In this document: positions 63,493 through 64,000 of the stretch, in pieces
How positions within the stretch are numbered: position 1 is the first letter of the stretch
How the letters are laid out: each line of letters opens with the position of its first letter
NCBI GenBank assembly: GCA_044892505.1
Contig: CM097882.1
Coordinates: 193,998,001-194,062,000, forward strand
Length of the DNA: 64,000 nucleotides
Direction: 5' to 3'
Source of the DNA: Schmidtea nova
Lineage: Eukaryota
Notes under the pieces: generated by a model
Databases searched by the model: none
What the model saw: the letters and a program-made list of their open reading frames with translations, nothing else
What the model was told of the DNA's origin: nothing
Made by a program: the position numbers and the translations under genes

Positions 63493-64000
63493 TGTCGGAG
63501 TTGTTAAATAAACAGAAAATAAAATTAAAAGGCACAATAAATGGCGAATCAATAAAAATACAAAATTGGAAAAATAATAATTAAAGTGCAAACATTAATA
63601 AATATTTACAAAAATTCAAAAATAAAGATTTAGAGAGGCAAACTGGTATGAGAGATTGCAAAATGATGGGAAAAATTCAAATATGGTTATATAAAATTAA
63701 AGAAGGGCCCAAAGAAGAAAATATTAAGAAAAACAAACTAATTACCCAATAAAAAACCTGAACTAATGTGAAACCTGAGCTAATGGAAAGCCCTAGAAAT
63801 ATAGGAAACCCAGGGCATCAAAAAATTCATATAATTAGAGGAATAAATTGATTCATTGAAGGGTGTCCCGGTAGAGTCACAAATCAACTTAGCGGCCGAT
63901 TCCAAATGCAATTATTTTTGATAGGTCAAATCAAGGCATGGTAGGACCAAAAGGGCAAGCCTCTATAAAAACCGAAGCAGACTTACCATAATTGCTAGTA
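63493..64000 (+). repeat. LTR-like repeat copy running off the window
   Basis: tgtcggag start; aaagattta..aaactggtatg..aattcaaatat..ctaatggaaagc motifs shared with the 60226 copy. Confidence 0.5.

Overview
Very AT-rich eukaryotic (animal-like) scaffold with six N-gaps, dominated by transposable elements. It carries two host genes. One is an 8-exon SEC24A/B-type COPII gene (+, 28163-46072, ~928 aa) with three 46-50 bp introns (one apparently GC-AG) and four 3-4.5 kb TE-filled introns. The other is an intronless, highly divergent TBP-family gene (-, 15286-16002). Mobile DNA includes: a nearly intact Penelope-like element (RT + GIY-YIG) arranged as a ~1.45 kb-arm inverted repeat and ending in a minimal hammerhead ribozyme with a U3:A8 core variant; a decayed Ty3/gypsy element interrupted by a Buster-type hAT transposon and a solo LTR; several mariners; hAT, piggyBac and Tc1-type MITEs; and a dispersed LTR-like repeat family. 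The most unusual structure is a composite mariner (48777-51860) with both TIRs and TA flanks. Its centre is replaced by the C-terminal half of a protein-primed-type family-B DNA polymerase (Polinton/Maverick/adintovirus-like), fused in frame to the transposase N-terminus and followed by a repeat-rich putative Polinton terminus. All assignments come from reading motifs by eye; no database searches were run.
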